Shown here: positions 44,970 through 55,387 of the stretch, piece by piece | Numbering within the stretch: position 1 is the first letter of the stretch | How the letters are laid out: each line of letters begins with the position of its first letter | IMG/VR virus record: IMGVR_UViG_2861736478_000001 | Coordinates: 1-64,000 of that record | DNA: 64,000 bases | From: a virus | Taxonomy: Duplodnaviria; Caudoviricetes | Direction: 5' to 3' (one strand) | Position numbers and translations under genes: made by a program | The notes under the pieces: generated by a model | The model's database searches: none | The model's input: the letters and a program-made list of their open reading frames with translations, nothing else | What the model was told of the DNA's origin: nothing

Positions 44970-46055
44970 GTGCGCGCTGACATCACCCTGTCGTCCCCGG
45001 TCCAGCCGTCGGCCCGAGTCCTCCAGCTACAAGGCATGTTCGACGTCGCCATCGAGGAGAAACTGGCCAACTCCTGGGCGATCGAGCTCCCCATCGAGCA
45101 GAAGCCGTGGAACGTCGGACTGATCGTAGGGCCATCCGGCGCGGGCAAGTCTACGATCGCCCGGCACCTATGGCCGGACAAGATCATGGGCGCCCAGACC
45201 TGGACCGACCAGGCCCTCGTGGACGACTTCCCGCAGGGGATGGGCATCAAGGACATCGTCGCGCTTCTCGGTGCGGTTGGCCTGTCCAGCCCGCCGGCGT
45301 GGCTCCGGCCGTACGGCACGCTCTCCAACGGGGAAGCCTTTCGAGCGTCGATCGCCCGCGCGCTGGCCGACACTGACGGCCTGGTCGTCGTCGACGAGTT
45401 CACGAGCGTCGTGGACCGGCAGGTCGCCAAGGTCGCCAGCCACGCCGTGGCGAAGGCCGTGCGACGTGGGAAGCGTCAGCTCGTGGCCGTGACCTGCCAT
45501 TACGACGTGCTCGACTGGTTGCAGCCCGACTGGATGCTCGACGTCGCCACCAGCACCTTCGAGTGGAGGTCGGTTCAACCCCGGCCCGCGCTCCAGCTCG
45601 ACGTCCGCGAGGTCGATCGGTCGGCCTGGGAAGTCTTTCGCCGTCATCACTATCTGACCGGCACCCTGCATAAGGCCGCAAGATGCTTCGGCGGATTTAT
45701 CGCCGGAGAATTGGTGGCGTTTACTTCGTACCGACATTTCCCGCACCCGAAGACACGCAATATCAAAATGGCTCATCGGACTGTGGTGTTGCCGGATTAT
45801 CAGGGGCTGTCGATTGGCGGCGCTTTGACGGAATGGATGGGGCAACATCTGTACGAGCGCGGCTATCGCCTGCGCGCGGTGCTGTCGCATCCGGCGCTGA
45901 TCGCCTACCGCTCCCGGTCGCCGCGCTGGAGGCTGGTCGGGCAGGACAAGAGCCTGCGCACCACCAGCAAGGAGAAGCACCTGCACGCGCACTCCCTCAA
46001 CCCGCGGCGGCTGGGCACCGTGTCGTTCGAGTACGCCCCGATCAGCCCCCGGTGA
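44970..46055 (+). CDS. ABC-type ATPase - GNAT acetyltransferase fusion
   Basis: Walker A GPSGAGKST, LSNGE, Walker B VVVDEF, VTCH; GNAT F..HHYL...HRTVVLPDYQGLSIG...HPAL. Confidence 0.88.
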   Translation: MRADITLSSPVQPSARVLQLQGMFDVAIEEKLANSWAIELPIEQKPWNVGLIVGPSGAGKSTIARHLWPDKIMGAQTWTDQALVDDFPQGMGIKDIVALLGAVGLSSPPAWLRPYGTLSNGEAFRASIARALADTDGLVVVDEFTSVVDRQVAKVASHAVAKAVRRGKRQLVAVTCHYDVLDWLQPDWMLDVATSTFEWRSVQPRPALQLDVREVDRSAWEVFRRHHYLTGTLHKAARCFGGFIAGELVAFTSYRHFPHPKTRNIKMAHRTVVLPDYQGLSIGGALTEWMGQHLYERGYRLRAVLSHPALIAYRSRSPRWRLVGQDKSLRTTSKEKHLHAHSLNPRRLGTVSFEYAPISPR

Positions 46056-46506
46056 CCGCGAGGTCCCGCACCTTCGACCAGCCCGTCAGTCCGGGCGCGT
46101 CCACGTCGGTGAAGCCGCGCCGCCAGTCGAGCGGCGGCGCGAACAGCCCGAGCTTGCCGCTGACCTCGACGAACCGGGTCGCGGGCTGGGCGCCGGACAG
46201 GACCCAGTTCCACTGGTAGGGATTGGCCCACGCCGAGTCGTGCTCGCGCACGATGTCGTTGAGCTCGACCGACCCCAGAATCACGCCGAACTGGAGCAGC
46301 TCCTCCGGGAGCGTCACCCCGAGTTCGGCCACCCGAGCCCAGCCGCGGGAGTCTTCCTTCTGGCCGGCATGGATGAGCAGCTCACCGCGGTAGCGGGTGT
46401 CCCATGAGCGGTTCTCGACGTCCTTCAGGCCGGCGACGATCAGCGCCGCCCAGGGCTGCTTAATGGTAATCGCTTTAATCATTCGCATTATCGCAGGATA
46501 GCTCAC
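46042..46506 (-). CDS. ASCH-domain protein
   Basis: AITIKQPWAALIVAGLKDVENRSW.T.YRG.LLIHA...G.LGLF. Confidence 0.9.
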   Translation of the reverse strand: MSYPAIMRMIKAITIKQPWAALIVAGLKDVENRSWDTRYRGELLIHAGQKEDSRGWARVAELGVTLPEELLQFGVILGSVELNDIVREHDSAWANPYQWNWVLSGAQPATRFVEVSGKLGLFAPPLDWRRGFTDVDAPGLTGWSKVRDLAVTGG

Positions 46507-46560
46507 CGGTAAGCGAATTAGACGCAGACCAACCTTGACATTTTTAGGGGGTGCTGCTCA

Positions 46561-47058
46561 ATGAGTGTTCCCCTTGCAAAGCGAGTTGAGGTCGCTGAGC
46601 GGCGAGCGAAAATCGTTCAGATGCGTCTGGCTGGAATGAGCCATGACGCCATCGCACGGCAGCTCGGCATCAAGGGCGGTGCCCGCGCAGTGTCCAAGGA
46701 CATGACGCGCGCGCTGGCCTCCGCGGCGAAGGCGCAGCAGGAGTCGTCGGAGCAGCTGCTCGACATCGAGATCAAGCGGCTGGACCGGCTGATGCAGGCC
46801 CTCTGGCCGAAGGCCCTCGACGGCGACGTCAAGGCCGTCGAGGCGTGCGAGAAGCTCATCACCCGCCGCAGCTACCTGCTCGGCCTGGACCAGATGAACC
46901 GCAACGGCGCCCAGGACGGCGACGTCCTGTCTCTGCTCGGGTCGCTGTTCGACTCGCTGCGCGGCCGTCACACCCCGGACGAGGTCGTCGAGGCCCACGT
47001 GGTCGGCGAGATCGAGTCCGGTGACGAGGATGACCTGGACGACGAGGACGACGGGTGA
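46561..47058 (+). CDS. terS: Terminase small subunit (HTH)
   Basis: RLAGMSHDAIARQLGI; RLDRL..ALWPKA..GD; directly upstream of TerL. Confidence 0.8.
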   Translation: MSVPLAKRVEVAERRAKIVQMRLAGMSHDAIARQLGIKGGARAVSKDMTRALASAAKAQQESSEQLLDIEIKRLDRLMQALWPKALDGDVKAVEACEKLITRRSYLLGLDQMNRNGAQDGDVLSLLGSLFDSLRGRHTPDEVVEAHVVGEIESGDEDDLDDEDDG

Positions 47059-48341
47059 GTCTGGGTCTGGTCCGGCTGTCGCCCAAGCAGGAGCAGTCCA
47101 TCGCGGAGTCCACCGCGCGCATCAACATCTGGACGGGCGCGGTCAGGTCGGGCAAGACCATCGCATCGCTACTCAGGTGGCTGATGTACGTCTCCCGTGC
47201 GCCGCGCGGAGGCAGTTTGGTGATCGTCGGCAAGACGAGCGACACGATCAGCCGGAACGTCTTCGAGCCGTTGATGGACCCTGCGCTGACCGGGCCGGTG
47301 GCGCGCAGAGTGTTCTACAACCGGGGCGCGCCGACCGCGAACATCTTGGGCCGCCGGATCGAGATCATCAGCGCGAACGATGTCAGGGCCGAGTCCCGCC
47401 TGCGAGGCATGACCTGTGCGGGCGCGTACGTGGACGAGGCCACCTTGATCCCGGAAGCTTTCTGGGACCAGCTCCTCGCCCGCTGCTCGGTACCCGGCTC
47501 CAAGATCTTTTGCACGACCAACCCCGACGCTCCGAACCATTGGCTTCGCAAGCGTTTTCTCCTGCGGAGTCACGAGCTGGACCTGCGGTGGTGGCAGTTC
47601 CAACTCGACGACAACCACAGCTTGGACCCCGTCTACGTCACCAACCTCAAGGCCGAGTACACCGGGCTCTGGTACCGCCGGTACGTGCTCGGCGAGTGGT
47701 GCATGGCCGAGGGCGCGATCTATGACATGTGGGATCCGGATCGGCACATCGTCGACCACATCCCGCTCATGGAGCGCTGGCTGTCGGTGGGCGTCGACTA
47801 CGGCACGGTCAATCCTTTCGCGGCGCTGCTCATCGGTGTCTCGACCCCGGACAAGGTGGGCCAGCGGCGCCTCTACCTGGCCTCCGAACTGCGGTGGGAC
47901 TCCCGCGTCGAACGCCAGCAGCTGACCGACGCCGAGTACTCATCCCGGCTTCAGGAATGGCTCGACGGCATGCCGGACTCCTACGGTCCCGGAACCCGAG
48001 GAGTGCGGCCGGAGTGGCTGATCGTCGACCCGTCCGCCGCCTCCTTCATCACGCAGCTGCACCGTGACGGGCTCCTGCCGATGATGGGCGACAACTCCGT
48101 CCTGGACGGTATCCGCACGGTCAGCAACCTCATCGCCGCCGACCACCTGCGGGTGCACCGCTCCTGCGCAGGTTTCCTCGGCGAAGTCGGCTCCTACAGC
48201 TGGGACGAGAAGAAGGCCGAACGCGGCGACGACGCACCCATCAAGCTCGACGACCACTCCTTGGACGCCGCCCGGTACGGCTTGCACACCACGCAGGCAG
48301 CATGGGCGCAGCTGCTGGAGCCCGTCCCCAACTACAAGTAG
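47055..48341 (+). CDS. terL: Terminase large subunit (PBSX-like)
   Basis: GAVRSGKT; YVDEA; TTNPDAPNHW; GVDYGTVNP; DPSAASF; DDHSLDAARY. Confidence 0.97.
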   Translation: MSLGLVRLSPKQEQSIAESTARINIWTGAVRSGKTIASLLRWLMYVSRAPRGGSLVIVGKTSDTISRNVFEPLMDPALTGPVARRVFYNRGAPTANILGRRIEIISANDVRAESRLRGMTCAGAYVDEATLIPEAFWDQLLARCSVPGSKIFCTTNPDAPNHWLRKRFLLRSHELDLRWWQFQLDDNHSLDPVYVTNLKAEYTGLWYRRYVLGEWCMAEGAIYDMWDPDRHIVDHIPLMERWLSVGVDYGTVNPFAALLIGVSTPDKVGQRRLYLASELRWDSRVERQQLTDAEYSSRLQEWLDGMPDSYGPGTRGVRPEWLIVDPSAASFITQLHRDGLLPMMGDNSVLDGIRTVSNLIAADHLRVHRSCAGFLGEVGSYSWDEKKAERGDDAPIKLDDHSLDAARYGLHTTQAAWAQLLEPVPNYK

Positions 48342-48497
48342 ACGCCCGCCCAGAGTCTCGCGGCCCTGGGCGGGATTGCTCCGCCGGACCCTTCCCAGTC
48401 CGCGCGTCGAGCCGCCGGGTGCCTGGCCGCGTGCTGTTGAGGGGCAGCGCGCGACCAGGCATCCACCATCACCGCACACATCAAGGAGAGGGCCCGC

Positions 48498-48968
48498 GTG
48501 GCTGACTTCACCTTCAATATCGCCAAGGGCCGCGTGGTCGAGTTCTACCGGCAGATCAAAGCGAACACTCCCAGCGGATCGGCACTAGTCATGGTGGTCA
48601 TCGCCGCCGCCGCCATCGAGGCAGACGGCCTGATGAACAATCGCACCACCCTCGCCGACGTGCTGTCGGCCTCCACTGAGGCGTCCAACGCCGGATACGA
48701 GCGAAAGTCGCTGCTGGCCGCGGACTTGGCTGAGGTCACAGTTGACAACGCCAATGACCGGGTTGACCTCGACATCCCCGACCAGACGTACATCAACGTC
48801 CAGGCAGCCGGCGGCGCCTGGGGCAAGATCCTCATCTGCCACAGGCCGGGCTCGGTCGTCCCCGATTCCCAGATCATCCCGCTGACTGCGCACGACTTCC
48901 CCATGAACCCGGACGGCGCCAACATCGTGGTGCAGACCGACGCCATCGGCTTCTACCGCGCCACCTGA
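48498..48968 (+). CDS. Probable virion structural protein
   Basis: FNIAKGRV...GYERK.L...VDNANDRVDLD..D.T...HDF...PDG.NI; AAGGAG RBS. Confidence 0.65.
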   Translation: MADFTFNIAKGRVVEFYRQIKANTPSGSALVMVVIAAAAIEADGLMNNRTTLADVLSASTEASNAGYERKSLLAADLAEVTVDNANDRVDLDIPDQTYINVQAAGGAWGKILICHRPGSVVPDSQIIPLTAHDFPMNPDGANIVVQTDAIGFYRAT

Positions 48969-48975
48969 CGGCGTC

Positions 48976-50946
48976 ATGGTCTTCGTCACTGAGAACTTTG
49001 AGGACGACACCCTCGACCTCGCCATCACCGGCACGTGGACCAGGACAAACGCCACAGCGGGGACCGGCTCTTGGTCGATGCGCAGTGCGCCCATCGACCA
49101 CAACCAGATGACCGAGATGGTCGTCCAGGTCCCGGCTGGCGCCACGCACCTATCGTTCAAGATCCGCTTGTCGACTGAGGGCGGCGCCTACGACCCGTTC
49201 GAGCTCTACGGAATCGATGCGGTCGGTTCATACGTCCTGCTCGATGAGGCGTGGGGCGTGCTCGACTGGTACACGTGGCTCACTGCCGTTCCCGTCGACT
49301 CGTACACCGCAGTCGCCTTCCGCTACTCGAGGGACAGCAGCGACGGCGGGGGCGAAAACGCCGTCTTCGTCGACGACATTGTCTTCTTCACCGCCGCGCC
49401 TTCACCACCTGCGGCCGTGGCCAACAACTTCAATCACGGCGTAGCAGGCCAACCCCTCACCCCGGACAGCTCCGGCGGCGAGAACGGCCTCCCCTTCTCT
49501 GTATCCGGAAACGTCCACTACACCGACGAGGCTCCCCGCCTGCCCGGCGGGCTTGCGGCGGTCAACCCCGGCCCCGACCTCTCGGCGACCTTCTCCTGGG
49601 CTGACCCGCCTGGGATGAGCAGCAGCAACGCGTTCTACGTGCGGGCCTACTGGTACCGCGCTGAAGACGTCGACACAAGCTCGTCCGTGTTCACCCTGTA
49701 CGGCCCGACCATCTGGTTCCTCGACCTCTGGGCCAGCGGCGGCAGCCTGTACCTGGATGTCCGTGCCTCACGCTTGACGGTGGGCGAGGCTCCTGCCGGG
49801 CAGTGGATCCGCATCGAACTGGCACTCCTGCTCGACTCCCCGGGTGTCGGCCACGCCGAAGCCTGGGTCTACTACCAGCACGACGCCACAGTTCCCGACG
49901 TGCATGTCACCAGCGGGACTATCACCTTCGAGGACCCGCGTCCCAACCAATACTCCTTCTACGTCAAGCGCGACAGCTTGGGCAAACACTGGCTCCTCGA
50001 CGACATCGCCGTTGGGTCGGTCAAACTGGGCCCGGTCGGGCCGCCCGCCACCGAAGCCATCGCCGCGGTGGTCGCGTCGGACACGTCGCAACCCCTTCCT
50101 CGGCTCGCGAAGGGCGACATCGGGTCCGCCAGCGGCGCCGAGGTCGCGCAGTCGTTGCACGGCGCTAGGCAGCGTCTGCTGCCAGCCTCGACCGATGCTG
50201 CCGCAGCGCGGATGCTGCACGGAAGCAAGGGCTGGCGGCTCGCCGCCGCTAGGAACCTGGACCACGCCCGCCCGTTGCACGCAACGAAGATCTTCACACT
50301 GGGCACGGTCGTCGAGGTCAATGAAGGACGGCGCCTGTTCGCTGACATCAGCCTCGGGCTGGCCCACGATCAATCCCGAGCCTTGCCGCTCGTCCCCAGA
50401 CGGGTGAAGACGCTCCATCCCGCCGTGCATGCCGATGCTGCTCAACCGCTCCCACTGGGACGCGGACGCGCCCCCGGCCAAACGGTGACCAACGACATCG
50501 CCACAAGGTTGCGCTGGACCAAGACCCAGACCGTCGGGTTCGTGCTCGACCGGAGCCTGCCGGGCGTCTTTTCGCCCTTCCTTCCGCCACTCGCGGTTGA
50601 CCTACCTCACCGTCTGTGGGGCGTGAGCGCGCCTGAGCTGCTGAGAGGAGTCGTTGTGGACCCCATCTCGTCACTATCGCTGGAGTACGTGCGCGTCTTC
50701 GTCAAGCACGCTCGCGGAACCGAACCCGTGGAGATCGCCTTCACCACACCCGGCGTCGAGCCAGGGCCTGCGGACTGGAAGACCGCCAGTTGGGCCGAGA
50801 CGAAGAATAGAGGTGCGATCGCACACATCCTCGTCGGCCCGAACGGCACCGTGACGCTGGCGGACGGCACCTACCAGGTATGGGTGCGCACTGTCCGGCA
50901 GGACGAGCGGCCCGTGCTTCCCAGCGGTCTCATCCCCATCATTTGA
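48976..50946 (+). CDS. Probable virion fibre/adhesin: two beta-sandwich carbohydrate-binding-like domains, ~17-aa repeats, C-terminal adaptor domain
   Basis: FRYSRDSS.GGGENAVFVDDI; LamG-like W.RIEL...LLDDIAVG; A....A.PL repeats; W.TA.W...LVGP.G...L.DG.YQVWV. Confidence 0.65.
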   Translation: MVFVTENFEDDTLDLAITGTWTRTNATAGTGSWSMRSAPIDHNQMTEMVVQVPAGATHLSFKIRLSTEGGAYDPFELYGIDAVGSYVLLDEAWGVLDWYTWLTAVPVDSYTAVAFRYSRDSSDGGGENAVFVDDIVFFTAAPSPPAAVANNFNHGVAGQPLTPDSSGGENGLPFSVSGNVHYTDEAPRLPGGLAAVNPGPDLSATFSWADPPGMSSSNAFYVRAYWYRAEDVDTSSSVFTLYGPTIWFLDLWASGGSLYLDVRASRLTVGEAPAGQWIRIELALLLDSPGVGHAEAWVYYQHDATVPDVHVTSGTITFEDPRPNQYSFYVKRDSLGKHWLLDDIAVGSVKLGPVGPPATEAIAAVVASDTSQPLPRLAKGDIGSASGAEVAQSLHGARQRLLPASTDAAAARMLHGSKGWRLAAARNLDHARPLHATKIFTLGTVVEVNEGRRLFADISLGLAHDQSRALPLVPRRVKTLHPAVHADAAQPLPLGRGRAPGQTVTNDIATRLRWTKTQTVGFVLDRSLPGVFSPFLPPLAVDLPHRLWGVSAPELLRGVVVDPISSLSLEYVRVFVKHARGTEPVEIAFTTPGVEPGPADWKTASWAETKNRGAIAHILVGPNGTVTLADGTYQVWVRTVRQDERPVLPSGLIPII

Positions 50947-50959
50947 CTGGAGTCCACTC

Positions 50960-51220
50960 ATGTACGCGACGCCGAGCATTGGCCGCATCGTCCACTACGT
51001 TTCCTACGGCACGCCGGGGGGTGAGTACACCTCCCAGTGCCGGGCCGCACAGATCACGGAGGTCGCGCCCGACGGGAACACCGTGGGCCTGGCCGTCATA
51101 AGCCCCACGGGCCTGTTCTTCCACTCCCTCGCGCAAGGCGGCTGCGAGCACCACGAGACGTACGGCGTGAACCCGCCCGCCCGCCGCGGCGGCACCTGGC
51201 ACTGGCCTGAGCAGGTCTGA
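50960..51220 (+). CDS. Conserved small phage protein
   Basis: PSIGRIVHYVSYGTPGGEY...RAAQITEV...GGTWHWPE. Confidence 0.8.
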   Translation: MYATPSIGRIVHYVSYGTPGGEYTSQCRAAQITEVAPDGNTVGLAVISPTGLFFHSLAQGGCEHHETYGVNPPARRGGTWHWPEQV

Positions 51221-51279
51221 CCCGCAGCCTGATCCCCTTTCCCATCTCGTAGCACGAGCTCTACCGGCTCGCCATTCCC

Positions 51280-51297
51280 GCAAGCGGTTCAGCTTGC
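51280..51297. promoter_or_regulatory. Perfect GCAAGC-N6-GCTTGC site upstream of portal
   Basis: GCAAGC GGTTCA GCTTGC. Confidence 0.75.
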
Positions 51298-51307
51298 AAG
51301 AAGGGAG

Positions 51308-52875
51308 GTGGCGGTGCCGCTTCCCGACCGTGATATGGAATGGCCCCCGCCCCACACACGGCAAGAGAACAAGCTCTACGCCCAGTGGGGGGCCTGGTAC
51401 TCAGGCGACCCCGACCGGCTGTCACAGGTGTACGGCGCGGGCGTGACACCGGGCCTCGGCCTGGATCTGAAGGGCTGGGACCGGCCGCTCCAATACGCCG
51501 GCGGCGTCGTCGGTCGCGTGGCCCGCTGGTTCTGGGGCTCGCCGATTCCGGCTGGCCAGTCGCGCAGCACGAAGCTGCACGTGCCGATCGCCGCCGACAT
51601 CAGCGCGACCAGCGCCGACCTGCTGTTCTCCGAGCCGCCCACTCTCCGCGTCCCGGGCAAGAAGGGCCAGTCGCGCCTAGACCGGATCCTCGCTGACGGC
51701 GGCGTCTACAGCATGCTGCTGGAGTCCGCCGAGATCGGCTCCGCGTACGGCGGCGTCTACCTGCGCGTCGGCTGGAACAGCGAGATCGCCGACTACCCCA
51801 TCCTCGACCTGGTCCCCGCCGATGCGGCGGTGCCGGAGTTCGCCAACAACAGGCTCCGCGCGGTGACCTTCTGGAAGGTCGTTCATGAGGAGGAGAAGGC
51901 GGTCTGGCGGCACTTGGAACGCCACGAGACCGGCCGGATCTACCACGGGCTGTACCGCGGTGACCGTGAGCGGCTCGGCATGCAGGTGCCTCTGGAGGAT
52001 CACCCCGAGACCGCCGGATTCGCGGAGATCGTAGACGCCGAGGGCGGCCTGGACACCGGCTACGACAAGGCTTGCTCACCTACTACGTGCCGAACATCAA
52101 GCCTCACCGGCTGCTGCGCGGCACTTCGCTCGGCCGCAGCGACTACAGCGGCGTCGAGCCGCTCATGGACGCGCTGGACGAGACCTACACGTCCTGGATG
52201 CGGGACCTGCGGCTCGGAAAGGGCCGGATCATCGTGCCGGAGGTCTACCTGGCCAACACCGGTCGCGGCCGGGGGTCGACGTGGGATCCGGACCGCGAGG
52301 TGTACTCCGGCCTGGGCATGATGCCGCCCGCCAATGGCGGGCCCAGCATGATCACGATCTCCCAGTTCGACATTCGCGTCGCCGAGCACAAGGAGACCGC
52401 TCGCACCCTGCTGGCGCAGATTCTGCGCGGCGCGGGCTACTCGGTGCAATCCTTCGGCGAGGCGGGCGACGGCCAGGCGGCCACAGCGACGGAGATCCAC
52501 TCCCGTGAGCGCAAGTCGTTCGTCACCCGTGGCAAGAAGCTGAACTACTGGACGCCCGCCCTGGCGTGGCTCGCCGAGGCTCTCCTGTCGATCGACCTGG
52601 CCGTGTTCGGCACGAAGGTCGTCGCGGAGAAGGCCACCATCGAGTGGCCAGACGGGGTCATGCCCGATCCGGAGAGCCTGAGCCGGACGCTGGACATGCT
52701 CAACCGGGCCCAGTCCGCCAGCCTCGACACCCGTGTCCGGATGCTCCACCCCGACTGGGACGACACCCAGGTCAAGGCCGAGGTGCGGCGCCTGCGCGAC
52801 GAACTCGGGCTGAACCTGCCGGACCCGGCCGAGCTGGACGAGACGTACGTCCCGGGCGATGGCGACGACGACTAG
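51308..52875 (+). pseudogene. Portal protein (SPP1 gp6-like) interrupted by a 1-bp deletion at ~52070
   Basis: N-part WGAWYSGDPDRL...LHVPIAADI in 51308 frame; C-part LTYYVPN...GRSDY...LDETYTSWMRD in 52072 frame; junction TAC GAC AAG GC TTG CTC. Confidence 0.85.
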
Positions 52876-55387
52876 CGGACCCACGCCCGAGCAGGCCATC
52901 GAGCAGGCTTTGGAACAGGCCAAGCTCGTGGCCCGCATGTATGCGGAGGCCGAGCAGCTGCTCGCCGAGAAGATCGCCAAGCGCGCGACAGGCGGTGACG
53001 ACGAGCAGGACGCTGGCCGGTGGCAAGAAGGCCGGTTCGCCGAGATCGGGCAGCTCCGCAAGGAAGCCCAGCAGATCATCAAGCGGCTCGAATCGGTAGC
53101 CAAGAAGGCTGCCGAGAAGGCAGTGCTCCAGTCCTGGGCCGATGGCATGGACTCCGCCGTGGTGGCCGCGTTGTCGCAGGTGCACGACGACAAGGTCCGC
53201 AAGCGCCTGGACCAGGTGCTGCGGGATGCCCGGAAACTGGGGGCGAAGAAGCTGATCAACCCTGGCCAGGGCGTTAACGAGCTCGCCCGCCAGACCGTGG
53301 AGAAGCTGTCTGCCGTCCACCTGTCGGCGCTGCGCGTGGTCGACGACATCTACCGCAAGGTGGTCGCCGACACCGCTGGCCAGGTTCTGACCGGTGCCCG
53401 CACCCGGAAGGAGGCCGCTCGGGACGCGCTGAAGCGCCTGACCCCGGTGGCGCCGTTTCGGGACAAGTCGGGCCGCCAGTGGCGGATGTCCACCTACGTG
53501 GAGATGGCCATGCGCACCGCCACGGCGCGCGCGGCCGTCGACGGCCATCTCGCGGTCATGCAGGACGCGGGCATCGACCTGGTCATCGTCTCGACGACGC
53601 CGTGGAACTGCGAGAAGTGCGACCCCTGGGAGGGGAAGGTCCTCACGCAGTCCGGTGCGGCCGGAAAGATCTCGGTGGAGCACGCCCTCGAGGACGGTGT
53701 GCAGGTCGAGGTCGAGGTGGCCGCGACGGTGAGCGGGGCCCGCATCGCGGGGCTCTTCCACCCGCAGTGCCGTCACAGCTTGTCGGCGTACCTGCCGGGT
53801 GTGACGACGGTTCCGGCGAAGCCGACCGCTCCGCCGACCAAGCCCAAGCCGAAGCCGTCAGCGGGCAAGCCCAAGCCGACGCCGAAGAAGCCTGACAAGC
53901 CGCAGCTCGCCGCTCAAGAACAGCCGCGCCCGAACGCCGAAGCCACCGTGCGCCGAGAGGTCGACGAGCAGGCCCAGCGTGAGCAACTGGTCGCGGAGGA
54001 GAGAGCACGCCGAGAGGTCGAGGAGCAGGAGAACGCCACTGGGGTTGAAGCCGGCGACTTCAGCAAACTGCGCCAGGTCGGGCAACAGGGCGGATCGAAC
54101 CCCGGCGGGATGTTCGAGGACGAGAACGGCAACCGCTGGTACGTCAAGACCCAGCAGTCCGAGACGCACGCCGCCAACGAAGTCGCCTCAGCCCGCCTGT
54201 ACCGGGCGGCCGGGATCCGAACTCCCGACGTTCGCCGGGGGAGTGGCGCACCGGGCCTTCCGGACGGGCCGCAGACGGCAAGCCGAGTCGTGGAAGGCAA
54301 GCAGGTCACGGCCAAGGAGCTTCGCGGGCCTGCCCGTGAAGGATTCGGCGCCGACGCCTGGCTGGCCAACTGGGACACCGCGGGCCTGACGTTCGACAAC
54401 ATGCTCTTGTCGCCAGACGGGTCCGTGACCCGGATCGACACGGGCGGCTCGATGCTGTTCCGTGCTCAGGGCGGCCCGAAGGGCGACAAGTTCGGCAACA
54501 CCGTCCCCGAGTGGCGGACCCTGCGCCATCGCAAGCAGGCCCCGCAGGCCGAAAAGCTGTTCGGAGGGCTCACGCCGGTCGAGCAGGAAAAGGCGCTCGA
54601 ACGAATTGAGCAGGTCACACCCGCTGAGATCCGCCGGATCATCTCCGAGTCGGGGCTCGACAAGGACGTAGCCGATCGGCTCATCGCCCGTCGTGCGGAC
54701 CTCATGCGGCGCCTCAAGAAGGTACGGGAGCTTGCTCAACGGCAGCGCGCCTACGATAAGAAGCGCGCCACGGCAGCGACAGGTCGGGACGCACTGGACG
54801 CCGCGCCTACACGGCTGACCGTGTACTCCTACGGAAATCCGTCCAAGCTGGTTCCTCAACCTGCCGGGTGGACTGACGAGCAGGTCAGGCGCAGCACGTT
54901 TGCACTTGGCGGCTATCGGGGCTCCGACTACAAGGACATCAACAAGCGGCTGCGAGAGAACGATCCGGACCACAGCCAGATCAGAGACATCGACAAGGTC
55001 ATGCCCCTGTCGGAGCTCAAGAAGACTGTGCTGTCGTACCGGGGCATCCGCGACACCAAGGCATTCGGGTCTGCCTGGGATGACGTCGATGTCGCCGGGC
55101 TGGAGTGGATCGATCTGTCCTACGCCAGCACCACCGTGGATCTACGCATCGCTGAGCGATTCGCAGCGGGCGGGGATCCGCCCGTCATCATGCGAATCGT
55201 CACCCCGCCGGGGGTTTCGGCGATCCGCTTGTCCGACCTCGCACCCCCCGACCGCGCTCCGGACCCTGGTACAAAGGAGGAAGCGGAGCTCATGCACCAG
55301 CGGGACATCAAGTACCGGGTGGTGACCGATCATGGATTCGACGAACGTGGAATCCGCCAACTGGACGTGGAGGTGTCCCCCCGATGA
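52859..55387 (+). CDS. Minor capsid protein fused to PI3K/HipA-like kinase domain and ADP-ribosyltransferase domain
   Basis: W.MSTYVEMAMRT...CEKCDPWEG...GLFHPQCRHS; GSNPGG...WYVK..NEV...DAWLANWD...DN...RIDTG; YRG...YASTT...EAE. Confidence 0.88.
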   Translation: MATTTSGPTPEQAIEQALEQAKLVARMYAEAEQLLAEKIAKRATGGDDEQDAGRWQEGRFAEIGQLRKEAQQIIKRLESVAKKAAEKAVLQSWADGMDSAVVAALSQVHDDKVRKRLDQVLRDARKLGAKKLINPGQGVNELARQTVEKLSAVHLSALRVVDDIYRKVVADTAGQVLTGARTRKEAARDALKRLTPVAPFRDKSGRQWRMSTYVEMAMRTATARAAVDGHLAVMQDAGIDLVIVSTTPWNCEKCDPWEGKVLTQSGAAGKISVEHALEDGVQVEVEVAATVSGARIAGLFHPQCRHSLSAYLPGVTTVPAKPTAPPTKPKPKPSAGKPKPTPKKPDKPQLAAQEQPRPNAEATVRREVDEQAQREQLVAEERARREVEEQENATGVEAGDFSKLRQVGQQGGSNPGGMFEDENGNRWYVKTQQSETHAANEVASARLYRAAGIRTPDVRRGSGAPGLPDGPQTASRVVEGKQVTAKELRGPAREGFGADAWLANWDTAGLTFDNMLLSPDGSVTRIDTGGSMLFRAQGGPKGDKFGNTVPEWRTLRHRKQAPQAEKLFGGLTPVEQEKALERIEQVTPAEIRRIISESGLDKDVADRLIARRADLMRRLKKVRELAQRQRAYDKKRATAATGRDALDAAPTRLTVYSYGNPSKLVPQPAGWTDEQVRRSTFALGGYRGSDYKDINKRLRENDPDHSQIRDIDKVMPLSELKKTVLSYRGIRDTKAFGSAWDDVDVAGLEWIDLSYASTTVDLRIAERFAAGGDPPVIMRIVTPPGVSAIRLSDLAPPDRAPDPGTKEEAELMHQRDIKYRVVTDHGFDERGIRQLDVEVSPR

